64,000 nucleotides of DNA from TPA_inf: Saccharomyces (taxonomy: Eukaryota), in contig BK006939.2 of the NCBI GenBank assembly GCA_000146045.2, forward strand, positions 96,001 through 160,000, in the 5' to 3' direction. Below are positions 1 to 11,259 of the stretch, one piece after another; the first letter of the stretch is position 1, and each line of letters starts with the position of its first letter. The position numbers were made by a program, and so were the translations under genes. The notes beneath the pieces were generated by a model, which made no database searches, was not told the origin of the DNA, and saw nothing but the letters and a program-made list of their open reading frames with translations.

Positions 1-578
1 AAACATCGGTGGAAGTTAAAGTTTTCCAAGGTGAGAGGGAGTTAGTCAAGGATAACAAATTAATAGGTAATTTTACTCTTGCGGGCATTCCTCCAGCTCC
101 AAAAGGTACCCCACAAATTGAAGTCACTTTTGATATCGATGCGAACGGCATCATCAACGTTTCAGCAAAAGATCTCGCCAGCCACAAAGACTCTTCCATC
201 ACTGTTGCCGGAGCGTCTGGGCTATCTGATACGGAGATTGATCGAATGGTTAATGAAGCGGAAAGATATAAAAATCAGGATAGAGCCAGAAGGAATGCCA
301 TCGAAACCGCTAACAAAGCTGACCAGCTAGCTAATGACACAGAAAATTCCATTAAGGAATTCGAAGGTAAGCTAGATAAAACTGATTCTCAAAGACTAAA
401 AGATCAAATTTCATCCTTAAGGGAATTGGTTTCTCGGAGTCAAGCTGGAGATGAGGTTAATGATGACGATGTTGGAACAAAAATTGACAATTTGCGAACT
501 TCATCGATGAAACTTTTTGAACAGTTATACAAGAACAGTGACAATCCTGAAACTAAGAACGGGAGAGAAAATAAATAA
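1..578 (+). CDS. ECM10: Mitochondrial Hsp70, C-terminal part; the CDS begins upstream of the window
   Basis: Open frame from the window edge to the stop at 576..578. The translation is an Hsp70 substrate-binding and lid region ([53 protein letters not shown]). It sits next to BUD16 and VMA3, which fits YEL030W rather than SSC1. Confidence 0.8.
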   Translation, partial: TSVEVKVFQGERELVKDNKLIGNFTLAGIPPAPKGTPQIEVTFDIDANGIINVSAKDLASHKDSSITVAGASGLSDTEIDRMVNEAERYKNQDRARRNAIETANKADQLANDTENSIKEFEGKLDKTDSQRLKDQISSLRELVSRSQAGDEVNDDDVGTKIDNLRTSSMKLFEQLYKNSDNPETKNGRENK

Positions 579-857
579 CACAAGATAATAAAAAAGATAA
601 TATTTTCGTTTAAAATTTCAGAAATATTGCTTACATCAAACGAAATAGTAAGCGTAAACCATATATCCTTTCAACGATATGTATCATTTTTATAGTCTTT
701 TGGCGGTATAAAAAGAATAGCCAAAGGTGGAAGTCAGGTTAAACCAAAAGAAACTACCCGCAAGGGATGTATGCATTTGAACATAAAAAACTATTCACTA
801 TTTTACAAATGTCAACATTAATTTTCTTTGGTGAAAATATGACTCTATAAAGTTTCA

Positions 858-1796
858 TCACAACCTTGCGTAAATATAATCTGTTTGATGAATGTTGATT
901 GTTTCATATATATCTCTTGATTCAATAAGACGCAATTCCATTTCTTTCATTTCCAAGGCGGAACCCATTTTTGCTTTCATTTTTCCTGAAGCATAGCTCC
1001 TAGTAATTTTCAAAACCTTCTGAATAACATTAAGAACATTATTGACTTGGTCTTCAAATTTTAATGTTGTTGTAGGGTTCGATAAGATCTTATACACTCG
1101 ATCCAATAACAAAGCAGAAAACAAATCACCAACCCCAGTGAAATACGAATCAATAAACGGCACTCTGTAAACAATGGGGGTTTTACCCTCCATTGAAGCT
1201 ACGCAATAAATAAAATCTTTGTCATCAAACATCTTACAGTCACAGGATGTGACAATGATCACTGGGATAGTTTGGTGTAATTTCTTTAAGGCCTTCTTCA
1301 AATGTTCTTTAGTCTTGATTTCCCCCCCATAAAGTATCTCCAGCTCAAATTGATTCGGAGTTATTATATCGACTAGCTGTTTTGGAGACAAAGCCAGCTT
1401 TCTATATTCTGGTATGACATCCTCACTAACATATAATTGTCCTTCGTCACCCATAACAGGATCCATAAGCCATATCATTTCTGGATTCGCCTCTTTAAAT
1501 TTAGCGTAGTATGTTCCCATACATCGAACGGAATTCTTATTGGGCAAGTAGCCTGAAAGTAAGGCTTGGTAGTCTTGGGAAAAATTATCAAAAAGACCTG
1601 ATAAGAGTTCCTTCAAATCTGTTTCCCTCGTTATAGTCCCAAACACTTTATCTAAACCATATCCGGTATGGTTGGAAAACTGAACACTGTTACAACAATC
1701 CACATCCCAGCCTAGACACTGTAAGGGAAACGTTGCAGCCTTATTTCCCACATATCCATGTACAACATGAGACTGCGTGGCCAAGAGACGAGGCAT
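858..1796 (-). CDS. BUD16: Pyridoxal kinase family protein (312 aa)
   Basis: ATG confirmed at 1796..1794 on the minus strand. PdxK-like ribokinase fold, and the length matches YEL029C. Confidence 0.85.
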   Translation of the reverse strand: MPRLLATQSHVVHGYVGNKAATFPLQCLGWDVDCCNSVQFSNHTGYGLDKVFGTITRETDLKELLSGLFDNFSQDYQALLSGYLPNKNSVRCMGTYYAKFKEANPEMIWLMDPVMGDEGQLYVSEDVIPEYRKLALSPKQLVDIITPNQFELEILYGGEIKTKEHLKKALKKLHQTIPVIIVTSCDCKMFDDKDFIYCVASMEGKTPIVYRVPFIDSYFTGVGDLFSALLLDRVYKILSNPTTTLKFEDQVNNVLNVIQKVLKITRSYASGKMKAKMGSALEMKEMELRLIESRDIYETINIHQTDYIYARL

Positions 1797-2667
1797 TTTT
1801 TCGTAATTTTTCGATAGCTACTGCAGACCAAACTCAGGGAGATTTAGTAGTCAGTGAACTCAAATTCTTTTCAACTTTTAAATCTACGCAAACTAATAAA
1901 TTTTCGGTCGATAGTAAAGCAGTCATGATTACATCTCTTGCTTATTTTTGAAATATTTCAGTCATCGGACAATGGCGGAAATAGAATTCACATATTTCCG
2001 CCTTTGATGCAAGAAAAGGCTAAAAGGCTCATGAACTTAACTGTTACAATGTTAAATTAGCTAAAAGGCAGCCATCGCCATGTCGGAGGAAAAAAACCGT
2101 AACAATAAATTAGGTTTGGACTTTTGCAGTATTTAATGAGAGTTGGTGGCCAAGAATAATGGATGATAGCGCATCAAAAAAAGGAAGCTGATATGAACGA
2201 CTTCACATAGAACTTTGACTCTTCTACAACGTGAATGCCTTTGATAAGAATGAAATTCCAAAACAAGTAGTGTTGGGAGGTAAATTTCCTCCACTGCTAA
2301 TTCCAACTACGTGTGCATTTTTCAATAGTAATATTCCGTCACAAGAGGCTTATTTTCATTTTCTCTACCCTCATCTTTTTTTCACTTTTTTCCTTACAAT
2401 GAATACATGTGATATAGATACTTAATTGTCTGTTTTGCGAGCTTGCTTCTTCATATCTATGTAATATGGGCCAGGTCAACCCAACATCTACCAATTATCT
2501 ATATGATGAAAAATATGATTGGTAGTTACCGCCAATGCATAGATTTTAGACAACTTAATAAGGCCATGTTAAAGGGTGCATTCCCACTATCGCGCTTAGG
2601 ATTGGATGAAGCATAACTTTTCTTCACTGTCAAATTGCATCGTAGTTATATCAGATCCAAATAAAAA

Positions 2668-3129
2668 ATGAAAATAACAATAACAAGCCTTCTATTTTTT
2701 CTTGTCATGATCGTCGAGCTCGCAAGTGCGGGCACACTACTTCATAATGGTGCAAATTTGCCCTCATTACGTGATAACACCACTCTAACTGATGCTCGTA
2801 ATGTGTTAAAGTACTTACAAGTGCTTGGTTTTCCAAGCAACAAAATAGCGGCTACAGATACTGTTGGAACTTTTATCATATTTAGCAATCGTACGGAAGC
2901 TAACACTACCGCTATGACGAAGACAGTGTCATACTGTTATCGTAACTACGGGCATAGTTTCTACTTCACTCATTACAAATACGACTATTTTCCTAGCGGG
3001 ATTAGTTATATGGCAAAACTTGGCGATGCCACCGTCAACCATACGGACTTACCTCACTTTAGGAACAACAAACGGCTAACAACGCAAGAACTCAATGCCT
3101 TCCAACATCCAATTGTCGAGTTTCAGTAA
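2668..3129 (+). CDS. Hypothetical small secreted/membrane protein (153 aa); dubious ORF
   Basis: ATG at 2668. N-terminal hydrophobic signal-like segment MKITITSLLFFLVMIVELASA and several N-x-T/S sites. No recognisable domain. Same position and length as YEL028W. Confidence 0.35.
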   Translation: MKITITSLLFFLVMIVELASAGTLLHNGANLPSLRDNTTLTDARNVLKYLQVLGFPSNKIAATDTVGTFIIFSNRTEANTTAMTKTVSYCYRNYGHSFYFTHYKYDYFPSGISYMAKLGDATVNHTDLPHFRNNKRLTTQELNAFQHPIVEFQ

Positions 3130-3299
3130 GTACTCAGGTATTACGTTATGTACATGTATGATAATTCTGATTAACATCTTTTATACACAAAGATGTATGC
3201 ATGAATGGTGCAAATATCTCGACGATGCGCAGTAAAGAAAGCAATTTACTACTAACGTCTAGCGATATCATAGATGATGACAGGATAACGATATAGGTT

Positions 3300-3665
3300 A
3301 GATGGATATTGGAGTAATTGTCAAGTCCCATTTTGATTGAAGACAACATTATTAGGCCTACAGAGTTGCTAAAATTCTCCACTAGGTCACAGGAGTTCGC
3401 AAAAGAGAATCAACAATCTACATAACCATGCACACATTTCTTCGTCCTCTACGTTATAATTTACTGCTCTAAAAGCGTCACTTCTCCTTTCATTTTATGT
3501 TTTATTGTTCATTATCCTACTGCGTTATCAATCCTTACATTTCGGCTTCCACTAAATTTAATGACTGCTTCTCATCATTTCATGTCTTCTAACGCCGTAT
3601 ATAATAATATCCCAGCAAAATATAACTGTTAGTTAGTGAATCATAACCGACTGTTACTCCTGCAA
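3300..3665 (-). mobile_element. Degenerate Ty1/Ty2 delta solo-LTR remnant
   Basis: The segment tatcaatccttacatttcggcttccactaaatttaatgactgcttctcatcatttcatgtcttctaacgccgtatataataat aligns to the reverse complement of the delta consensus. It is also about 80% identical to the intact delta at 39608..39939. Termini are eroded, so the boundaries are approximate. Confidence 0.5.
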
Positions 3666-4132
3666 TATCCATGGGAGAAATCACCATCGGAAGGTAAACT
3701 AACACGTAGGTATTGATTCTACCGGAAATGAACAAATGTCGTACTGCCCAAATGAGCCAAATGCCATCATATACGCCTTCATAACTATATTTGAAAAATA
3801 CCTTTGCCTAAAAGACGAGTGGTATTGGAAACTTCAATTAGTGTTCAAAAATGTCCAGTGAGAGGATGAAGTTGTCGTGGTTGAAACAGCATAAACCACC
3901 TAAAATAGTATCAACTGACAACAACTGTGGAACACATGCGGTTACTTTTATAATTAACCGCAAAATACCTGAAATGAGCTAAGAAATAGTAATTATAAAC
4001 ATGCCACTACAAGTAACAGATTAAGTGATATGTTGGCGGACCTCAATATAAGCGACATGGAGAGATAGAGATAGAAGAATTTGTTATTGTGTTAATAAAT
4101 AAAGTTAACATCCAGTTCTTTCAAGTTGGCTA

Positions 4133-4204
4133 AGCGCCGTGGCGCAGTGGAAGCGCGCAGGGCTCATAACCCTGATGTCCTCGGATCGAAACCGAGCGGC
4201 GCTA
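4133..4204 (+). tRNA. Initiator tRNA-Met (CAU)
   Basis: AGCGCCGTGGCGCAGTGGAAGCGCGCAGGGCTCATAACCCTGATGTCCTCGGATCGAAACCGAGCGGCGCTA. It has the A-box TGGCGCAGTGG and B-box GGATCGAAACC, the anticodon CAT, and the initiator-specific A1:U72 acceptor base pair and GGG/CCC anticodon stem. It is followed by the T-run ATTTTTCATTTCTTTTT. Confidence 0.93.
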
Positions 4205-4768
4205 ATTTTTCATTTCTTTTTGCCCGCAACAATAACACAGATCGCAATCATTTAAGCTATAGACTATAAGCTTTAACTTCTGCGTTATTATTAATAATTG
4301 TTATTGTTTTAGTTAGGTATTTCTATCAACTTATTTTATATATTCTATATTACAGTTTTCTTTTTTTACAAATTCACCCAGCAATTATTTATTATTAATT
4401 GTACATCTTCTTTAATAATGAATTTATTATTGCACAATATTCAACTTAGGAAAGATAGAGGAACTGAATTCTTTATCAGCAATGAAATAGGCCGTCTACG
4501 GCCGTCTACGGCCTATTCCATTGCTAAAAATTTGAATCGTATAAAGGGATATTACCCGGAAAAGAAACGCATTAAAAAAAAAAAAAAAAAAAAAACAGAA
4601 AAAGTGGTTAAGTGATTGACTGACCCTTGATAGTTTTGTACAATTATACACTCGTTCTGATTAAAAACTTGTTTATAAAAATCTTTTTAAAAGAAAGAGA
4701 AGATCGTGTTTATTGCTTTTCTCAAAAAGACTAATCAATTAGAATAACAAAAGAAACATATACATATA

Positions 4769-5251
4769 ATGACTGAATTGTGTCCTGTCTACGCCCCTTT
4801 CTTTGGTGCCATTGGTTGTGCCTCTGCAATTATCTTCACCTCATTAGGTGCTGCTTACGGTACTGCTAAGTCTGGTGTTGGTATCTGTGCCACTTGTGTG
4901 TTGAGACCAGACCTATTATTCAAGAACATTGTTCCTGTTATTATGGCTGGTATCATTGCCATTTACGGTTTAGTTGTTTCCGTTTTGGTTTGTTATTCGT
5001 TGGGTCAAAAGCAAGCTTTGTACACCGGTTTCATCCAATTGGGTGCCGGTCTATCAGTCGGTTTGAGTGGTCTAGCTGCTGGTTTCGCTATTGGTATTGT
5101 CGGTGATGCAGGTGTTAGAGGTTCCTCTCAACAACCAAGATTATTCGTCGGTATGATTTTGATTTTGATTTTTGCTGAAGTTTTGGGTCTATACGGTTTG
5201 ATTGTTGCTTTGTTGTTGAACTCCAGGGCTACTCAAGATGTTGTCTGTTAA
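4769..5251 (+). CDS. VMA3: V-ATPase V0 proteolipid subunit c (160 aa)
   Basis: ATG at 4769. Four transmembrane helices and the conserved proton-binding Glu in FAEVLGLYG. Exact match to the CUP5/VMA3 protein from memory. Confidence 0.95.
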
Positions 5252-5942
5252 GGCAGCTTCTGAATCACTAAAGCAGGAATAGAGTATACAAAAGAATCTT
5301 TTTGTGAGAAACTATGAAAACTATCAAAATTTTTCATCTTAGAGATTGTTTATAGCCCCTATTCTTACTTCATATCCAAACTACCTCATTTCAAGCTTCC
5401 TTTTTATTAGTACCATTATTATTGTTTAAAAGAGTATTACACGCTAAATATGTATATCTTAATTTTTAATGTGTATAAAATAGAAAATTTGAATATCAAG
5501 GAGCAACAAAGAGCATTATGCGTTTTAAGCTACACAATGGGTACGATGAGATCACTATACCTGTACTCTTAAAAGAGGCCCAACCTTATCAACTTCTATT
5601 GTTAAAGTAGACAATTGTATCGTTTCTTTTTCTTATCGGTTTTATCCGGGTAATAAATTCAGCATATAGAAAAATTTTTCATTTCTATTTTCTTTTTCTT
5701 TTCATTTTTCCTTTTTCTCAGAAAATTTTTTTTTCTAATGCTGGAATGAGATGAGTTAGAAAATTTTTCACTTTAAAACTGATTATTCTGGTTAATAGTG
5801 CTTATTCCTCTTAGTGTTCAAGTCCTACTTTCAAATCTTAATTTAAATCATCATTCGAGCGAGCTTTCTATACCAGGACCATACTGATTATTGCAAGGAA
5901 CTTGAATAAACCAGATTTCATACTATAAAAACTATATTAAAA

Positions 5943-6323
5943 ATGTCTGCCCCAAACCCAAAGGCTTTCCCATTAGCCGATGCTGCATTAACCCAACAAA
6001 TCTTGGATGTCGTTCAACAGGCTGCTAACTTGAGACAATTGAAGAAAGGTGCCAACGAAGCTACCAAAACTTTGAACCGTGGTATCTCCGAATTCATCAT
6101 TATGGCTGCTGACTGTGAACCTATTGAAATCCTATTGCATTTACCATTACTATGTGAAGACAAGAATGTTCCATATGTCTTTGTTCCATCTAGAGTTGCT
6201 TTAGGTAGAGCTTGTGGTGTTTCTAGACCAGTTATTGCTGCTTCTATTACCACCAACGATGCTTCTGCTATCAAGACCCAAATCTACGCTGTCAAGGACA
6301 AGATTGAAACTTTATTAATTTAA
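5943..6323 (+). CDS. SNU13: U4/U6.U5 snRNP and box C/D snoRNP 15.5K protein, L7Ae family (126 aa)
   Basis: ATG at 5943. L7Ae fold sequence ([48 protein letters not shown]). Confidence 0.92.
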
Positions 6324-6580
6324 GTAGATTGGATTATATCTATCAACATAGTTTTTGTACCATCTATATACTATAAAAAAGTTTTTTGCTTTCCACTAGT
6401 GCAGACGCTAATAGTGCTGTTTTGTTAGTGGTATGATATATGTCATATCTTCATTGAATAACCTACTCGAGTGCATCTGTAAATGCACAAACATGTATTA
6501 TCAATTGAGCTGTAGTAATTTAGGCATAACAAAAAGGTGCAAGATCTCATGGCACCTATTCGTTCGTAGGAGATTTATTG

Positions 6581-9500
6581 TCACCTTTTTAGTTTTACAG
6601 GATCGAAAAAATCTATGGTCTTGTATGGTGAATGATCTATATGTCTTCTCTTTGAATTTCTAGCTAGCTCATCAAAGCCGCTTTCATTTATTCCAGTCTC
6701 TTTACTCACGGAATATTGTTTAGTAACATTTCGCATGCTTTTCTCAGACCTTCGAAAAGCTCTTTTACATTCGAGCTTGATCTTTTTGTAATCATGCAAC
6801 GTTCTCATCCACAGCTCACCAATGAATTCCGATATTATATAAATTTGGCCCTCAGTACCGCAAAGTAAAAATAGAGGTATGACGCCTTCCAACCTTTGAC
6901 TATTGAAATTTGGACATATTTGAAGGTTTTGAAATCCATCTGGGATGGCCGCCAGTGAGATTATCTTATTAGGTAACCGAATTTTGAGGTATGGCATAGC
7001 CAACCCGCCCTTATCAACTGATAATTTAGAATCTTCGTATATTGTCAAGGTATTATCAATACCAATGGTGGCAACATAAGATCTATTGGAATATTTCAAC
7101 GTTGCACAAGAAAGGTCTGATAATCGACCTAATAGATAGTTCTTATCACTCGCTAAACAATCGTTTTTAGGTTCTCTTAGCTTCTTAGGAATTATTTTAG
7201 TCGCCACTTGTGTAATGCTTCCCAACCGCTTAAAACCCAAGTAGGGACATTCAGGGTACTCTGATGGATATACTATGGACGTCCTAATTGGAAAGCGGGT
7301 TCTCAAAAAATCTCTCAAGATCTCAAATTGAACCAGATAATCACCACTCATATAAGCTGGAAGACCTATATGGTTAATCGATGAAAGTGCTGGGAAGGAA
7401 TAGGCCTCTAAAATTTCCGCGCCCTCTTTTAGCATGTTTATTTTATATGCTGCTATGCCACTATCACCAGAAAATAAAACCAAGTTGCACTCATAGTATA
7501 TGAACACCGAGAATATACAATCTTCGAGATAATTCGCGTACAATTGGGTAATGTTATTGTTTCTAATTTCAAACAGCCAGAATTTTGTACGTTTTTCACC
7601 AACTCCTAAGCATACAACAAACTTATTACCATAAAAGGGTCTCTGTGATAAGTAGATTGAGTTTTGTTCTGGCCACAGTGGCTTCACAACGGCATGTAAA
7701 TACTTTTCATCCGAGAAACTGAATGTGGAAACTGCCTTCATTGAAGCATAATTGAATAGCATCAACTTATACTGCCTACTATTGCTATCGACCAAACACA
7801 CCACGGCCTGATTGAGGTTATTTGGAACAGTATAGAGCTCTACGGGAATGCTAGGGAGGTAAAAGATATGATTTTCTAATTGAGGTTTTAATGAAGTCAT
7901 CTGCTTAGTGAAACCTTCACGGTAAAACGTGCTACCAAACTCAAAGATGCTTATTCGAGAATCATAATCTAAAACACAAAGAGAGAACAGTGCTTTACCG
8001 GGTCGAATTCTCATTCGTCTTGGAACTAAGCCTAACTGTATGCAACCATAAGACATGTTTTGAAGATTTAACAAAATTATTTCCTTATCGTTGTAAAGGA
8101 AAACCAAAGGTAAGGAAGGAATCGTATCCAACAGTTCTAATTTCTGATCGTATAACGAATGAATCTCTAAATCCACTCTCAAAAAATTTGATTCTGATTT
8201 GTAGACTCTTACGCAGCCAGTGTATGATGATGCGATGACATAAATCGAGTCGTGTTTATGCTTTTTGCTTAGCCAAGATATTTTTATCAATTGATCATAG
8301 GCTATGAAAGAATAGTCTGGATGTGATGTAGCCACTTTCTTTTGATTGGCATTCCATACCGAAAACACACCGTCCAAGTAAATGACAAAAAGGTATTTCT
8401 CGGCACCATCTGAGAAACAGCTCACAATACTCTCTTTAGAATTGAGCCCATGGATAAAAAATTCTTCTTTTTTACGTAGAAAACCAGATTTTGCCTCAAG
8501 TATCGAAATCCTGAGCTTGGAGTTCTGTACGGGATAACAAAACATGGTGGAAGAGTTGTGGTTCGACTGCAAGAAATCGACCTGCCTAAATTCTCCGGTA
8601 GAACCATCCATACCGGCTTTCAAAACTTTTCCCGTCCTAGAAACAAATAGACCGTAATCATAAGGCTCATCCATTAAAAATATTCCGTTCTTATAAATCA
8701 ACCCACCTGATTCATATGCAAATTCGTCACCACCATTAAGTGCTAAATCTGTAACCCAAAAATCAGTTACATTCTCTACTAGCGCTTTGGAGGAAGTCAC
8801 TAACTTGAACAGGGTTTTGTCATATACCAAAATTTTCTTTTCTAAAAATCCTCTTCTTGAGTTAAAACTTCCACCCAAAAGCAGTGAATCAATATCTGTC
8901 CCCTTGTTTCCAATAACTTGTGATGCCAGGTAAACTTTGTTTGTATAAGCGGGACCGCTTTTCACCTTTTCTAATTTTGAACCTCGATGATCTTTCGATA
9001 TAAAATTTACTCCATTTATTCTTGTCACCGCTATATACTTTTCACGTGGGAGCTGCAAAATAACATCGCATAGATCATGTTTAGGAGGCTTGAACACTCT
9101 TTCTTTTGTCCATTGTAGTTCTTTCAGGACGTGGTCTCTATGTAACGACCTAGTGTGTATCTTGGCAGTGTATTTGTTAGCATACACGTCAGAAATTGTC
9201 AAGAGAATGACTGATCTTTCATATATCACATCATAAGAATCTTTTAGAAATTGGTAGTTTTCTACATTTGGGAGACCTTTATTATTGAAAAAAGCCCCGT
9301 TTGTAAGCCCACTTGCTTTTATATTTATTATTTGAGTGTAGTTAGTAGTCAACACTACAATGGTATGGCCGCAAACTACCTTCATATAACAAAATTCATT
9401 ATCACATATCGGCAAAAGATTGTATTGGCGGTACTCGTTTAAATCAAATTTCCTACTTCCATGCTTTCCAGCAAGATTGTATTCCTTTAAAAACAGGTTT

Positions 9501-10147
9501 TCACTATAGCAACTCTTAAGTAGGCAAAGAAAATAAACGTGTGATTTACCTGTGCATGTGGCGTCGTCAAGCAAATCCTCCCTGCTAATAAAATCAAAGG
9601 AGATAATTTCTTCGCCATCGGTGGCATAAAATCTTTCGACTATTCCTTCTCTGAAGTCAAAGGAGTAAATTGTCGTACATAACGTATGCAAATCACTATC
9701 ATATGATATGTTTTTATTGCAAGTGTATAAAACACCCTCAAAGGAAGCATTTAACCAGCTGGAAGTTAATAAAGAAATAGTATCCAGTTTCGGAGCCACA
9801 TTAGAGTCGTAGATAATTTCAAATTTGTTATTTTCGCATTTGAATCCCTTAATGGAACCGTCGTTAAACATTAGCAGGTGACAGAAGGAAGCTGACATGA
9901 ACATCGGTACAGTTGCGTAGTTAACAACGAACGGTCCATCTAAAGCGAACTCAACCTTCGCTTTCAATTCGTTGGACGTTCCGGTATACAATCCATAGCT
10001 AAAACATAAAAAGTAACTTCCTTCGTGATGAAGACAACTTACCAGCTTCTCAGCCTCATCTTTTGATCTATAAGATGTTATGCATAAAGGTAAAAAGGCC
10101 GAATTGCTATCCAATTTTTTGCAGTCCGTTTCATCTTGTCTTGCCAT
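6581..10147 (-). CDS. Large uncharacterised protein (1188 aa from the ATG at 10147)
   Basis: Uninterrupted 3.57-kb ORF. The track starts 4 codons earlier, but the in-frame ATG at 10147 gives the 1188-aa length of YEL025C. I recognise no catalytic motif. It is transcribed divergently from RIP1. Confidence 0.8.
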   Translation of the reverse strand: MARQDETDCKKLDSNSAFLPLCITSYRSKDEAEKLVSCLHHEGSYFLCFSYGLYTGTSNELKAKVEFALDGPFVVNYATVPMFMSASFCHLLMFNDGSIKGFKCENNKFEIIYDSNVAPKLDTISLLTSSWLNASFEGVLYTCNKNISYDSDLHTLCTTIYSFDFREGIVERFYATDGEEIISFDFISREDLLDDATCTGKSHVYFLCLLKSCYSENLFLKEYNLAGKHGSRKFDLNEYRQYNLLPICDNEFCYMKVVCGHTIVVLTTNYTQIINIKASGLTNGAFFNNKGLPNVENYQFLKDSYDVIYERSVILLTISDVYANKYTAKIHTRSLHRDHVLKELQWTKERVFKPPKHDLCDVILQLPREKYIAVTRINGVNFISKDHRGSKLEKVKSGPAYTNKVYLASQVIGNKGTDIDSLLLGGSFNSRRGFLEKKILVYDKTLFKLVTSSKALVENVTDFWVTDLALNGGDEFAYESGGLIYKNGIFLMDEPYDYGLFVSRTGKVLKAGMDGSTGEFRQVDFLQSNHNSSTMFCYPVQNSKLRISILEAKSGFLRKKEEFFIHGLNSKESIVSCFSDGAEKYLFVIYLDGVFSVWNANQKKVATSHPDYSFIAYDQLIKISWLSKKHKHDSIYVIASSYTGCVRVYKSESNFLRVDLEIHSLYDQKLELLDTIPSLPLVFLYNDKEIILLNLQNMSYGCIQLGLVPRRMRIRPGKALFSLCVLDYDSRISIFEFGSTFYREGFTKQMTSLKPQLENHIFYLPSIPVELYTVPNNLNQAVVCLVDSNSRQYKLMLFNYASMKAVSTFSFSDEKYLHAVVKPLWPEQNSIYLSQRPFYGNKFVVCLGVGEKRTKFWLFEIRNNNITQLYANYLEDCIFSVFIYYECNLVLFSGDSGIAAYKINMLKEGAEILEAYSFPALSSINHIGLPAYMSGDYLVQFEILRDFLRTRFPIRTSIVYPSEYPECPYLGFKRLGSITQVATKIIPKKLREPKNDCLASDKNYLLGRLSDLSCATLKYSNRSYVATIGIDNTLTIYEDSKLSVDKGGLAMPYLKIRLPNKIISLAAIPDGFQNLQICPNFNSQRLEGVIPLFLLCGTEGQIYIISEFIGELWMRTLHDYKKIKLECKRAFRRSEKSMRNVTKQYSVSKETGINESGFDELARNSKRRHIDHSPYKTIDFFDPVKLKR

Positions 10148-11011
10148 TTTACGTGGCAATGGCTAGTGCAATATGCAATGCGCTAACGCTGACATTATAA
10201 CACAATATATTTTTCTACCCTCCCTTTCGCTGAGTTGCGACCAGAATGTCTGTTTTTCAGTCATGTATTTCTTTCCGCTTTAGGCGTTCAGGCAAGCGCG
10301 TTCAGTTGAAAGCAAATAGAACCTATAACGACGAATACGCTTAAAGGAAGTATACAGGAAATAGAAAAAGAAGCGTACTGCATGTACTAAAAACCAAAAA
10401 AAACACCACATCGGCTCTCTGGTTGTATCCATACTTTCCCTAAAATTTTGTAACTCAAGAAAATACCTACATAAAACGATAATCAGTGGATTGCACTGAT
10501 CAAGTCGAAAAACTCCGTACATGCCCGTCTATCCCTGTCTCATCCATATAAACTGAACTAGGTAGAAAAAAATACCTACCCTTTCTTTAACCGCCTGGTA
10601 TATTAAATACCATTGTCAATTGAGAAGCTAACAGCCATTGTAAGAGTTATGTCCAGTGTCCGACTAAGACAAGGTAACCATACGTTGATAGCTATGAATA
10701 CCCCAGAGGAAGATTATTCTTTCTCATAAATCCTTTTTATTGGTTTCAAAAATCCACCAATAAGTTCATATAGCTTGGGCGGCTATTCATGCGTAATATA
10801 ATGTGCATGAAGTACGACCCATCGACTCTTAGAGCAAATGCTTCCTAAATTGAAATAACTAGCCGCCTTTAATTCGAGCCTTCTTGTCATCTTGTGTATT
10901 TCATCCTTTCAACTTCTCCTGTTCCACCTTTCACTCTAAGCTTCCCTATCATTTGGCCTCTTTCAGGTTCGTCCATAGCGCATCTTTTTCCTTTTAGACA
11001 CTCCATAACGG

Positions 11012-11054
11012 ACCAATCAGCGTTTTGCGCCATTTATCGGTCTTGGGTCACGTG
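11012..11054 (+). promoter_or_regulatory. Candidate RIP1 upstream elements: CCAAT box (ACCAATCA, 11012..11019) and E-box CACGTG (11049..11054)
   Basis: Motifs are visible about 205 to 250 bp upstream of the RIP1 ATG. The CCAAT box is the HAP2/3/4/5 site type found at respiratory genes, and CACGTG is a Cbf1/Pho4-type E-box. Motif presence alone is not evidence of binding. Confidence 0.35.
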
Positions 11055-11259
11055 CGGCGACGCGGAGGCTCCCTTATAAGGACTGGAAAAAGACCTGCAA
11101 GAACTATAGTTGGTTCTTGAATATCAAGTAATATATTACTTCTCTGTCGTAACTTTTTGTTGCTTTCAAGTTCAACGTCTTTTAAAAACCAAGAAATTAT
11201 TGAACATAAATAATATCACTCTAACACTTATTAGGAAACCGAAAGGAGCAATAACAAAC

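Noticed and set aside
3665-4132. Looked for a Ty3 sigma element at the canonical -16/-19 position upstream of the tRNA-iMet and tRNA-Gln genes
   Set aside because: No TGTTGTATCTCAAAATGAGATATGTCAGTATGAC start or TCTCCAACA end is present near either tRNA. Only delta/tau-type debris occurs, and only near the other tRNAs.
4418-4615. 65-aa ORF spanning the palindrome and the A22 tract
   Set aside because: Its frame is maintained only through a poly-Lys homopolymer reading, and it has no start context. The region is better explained as a structural or repeat element.
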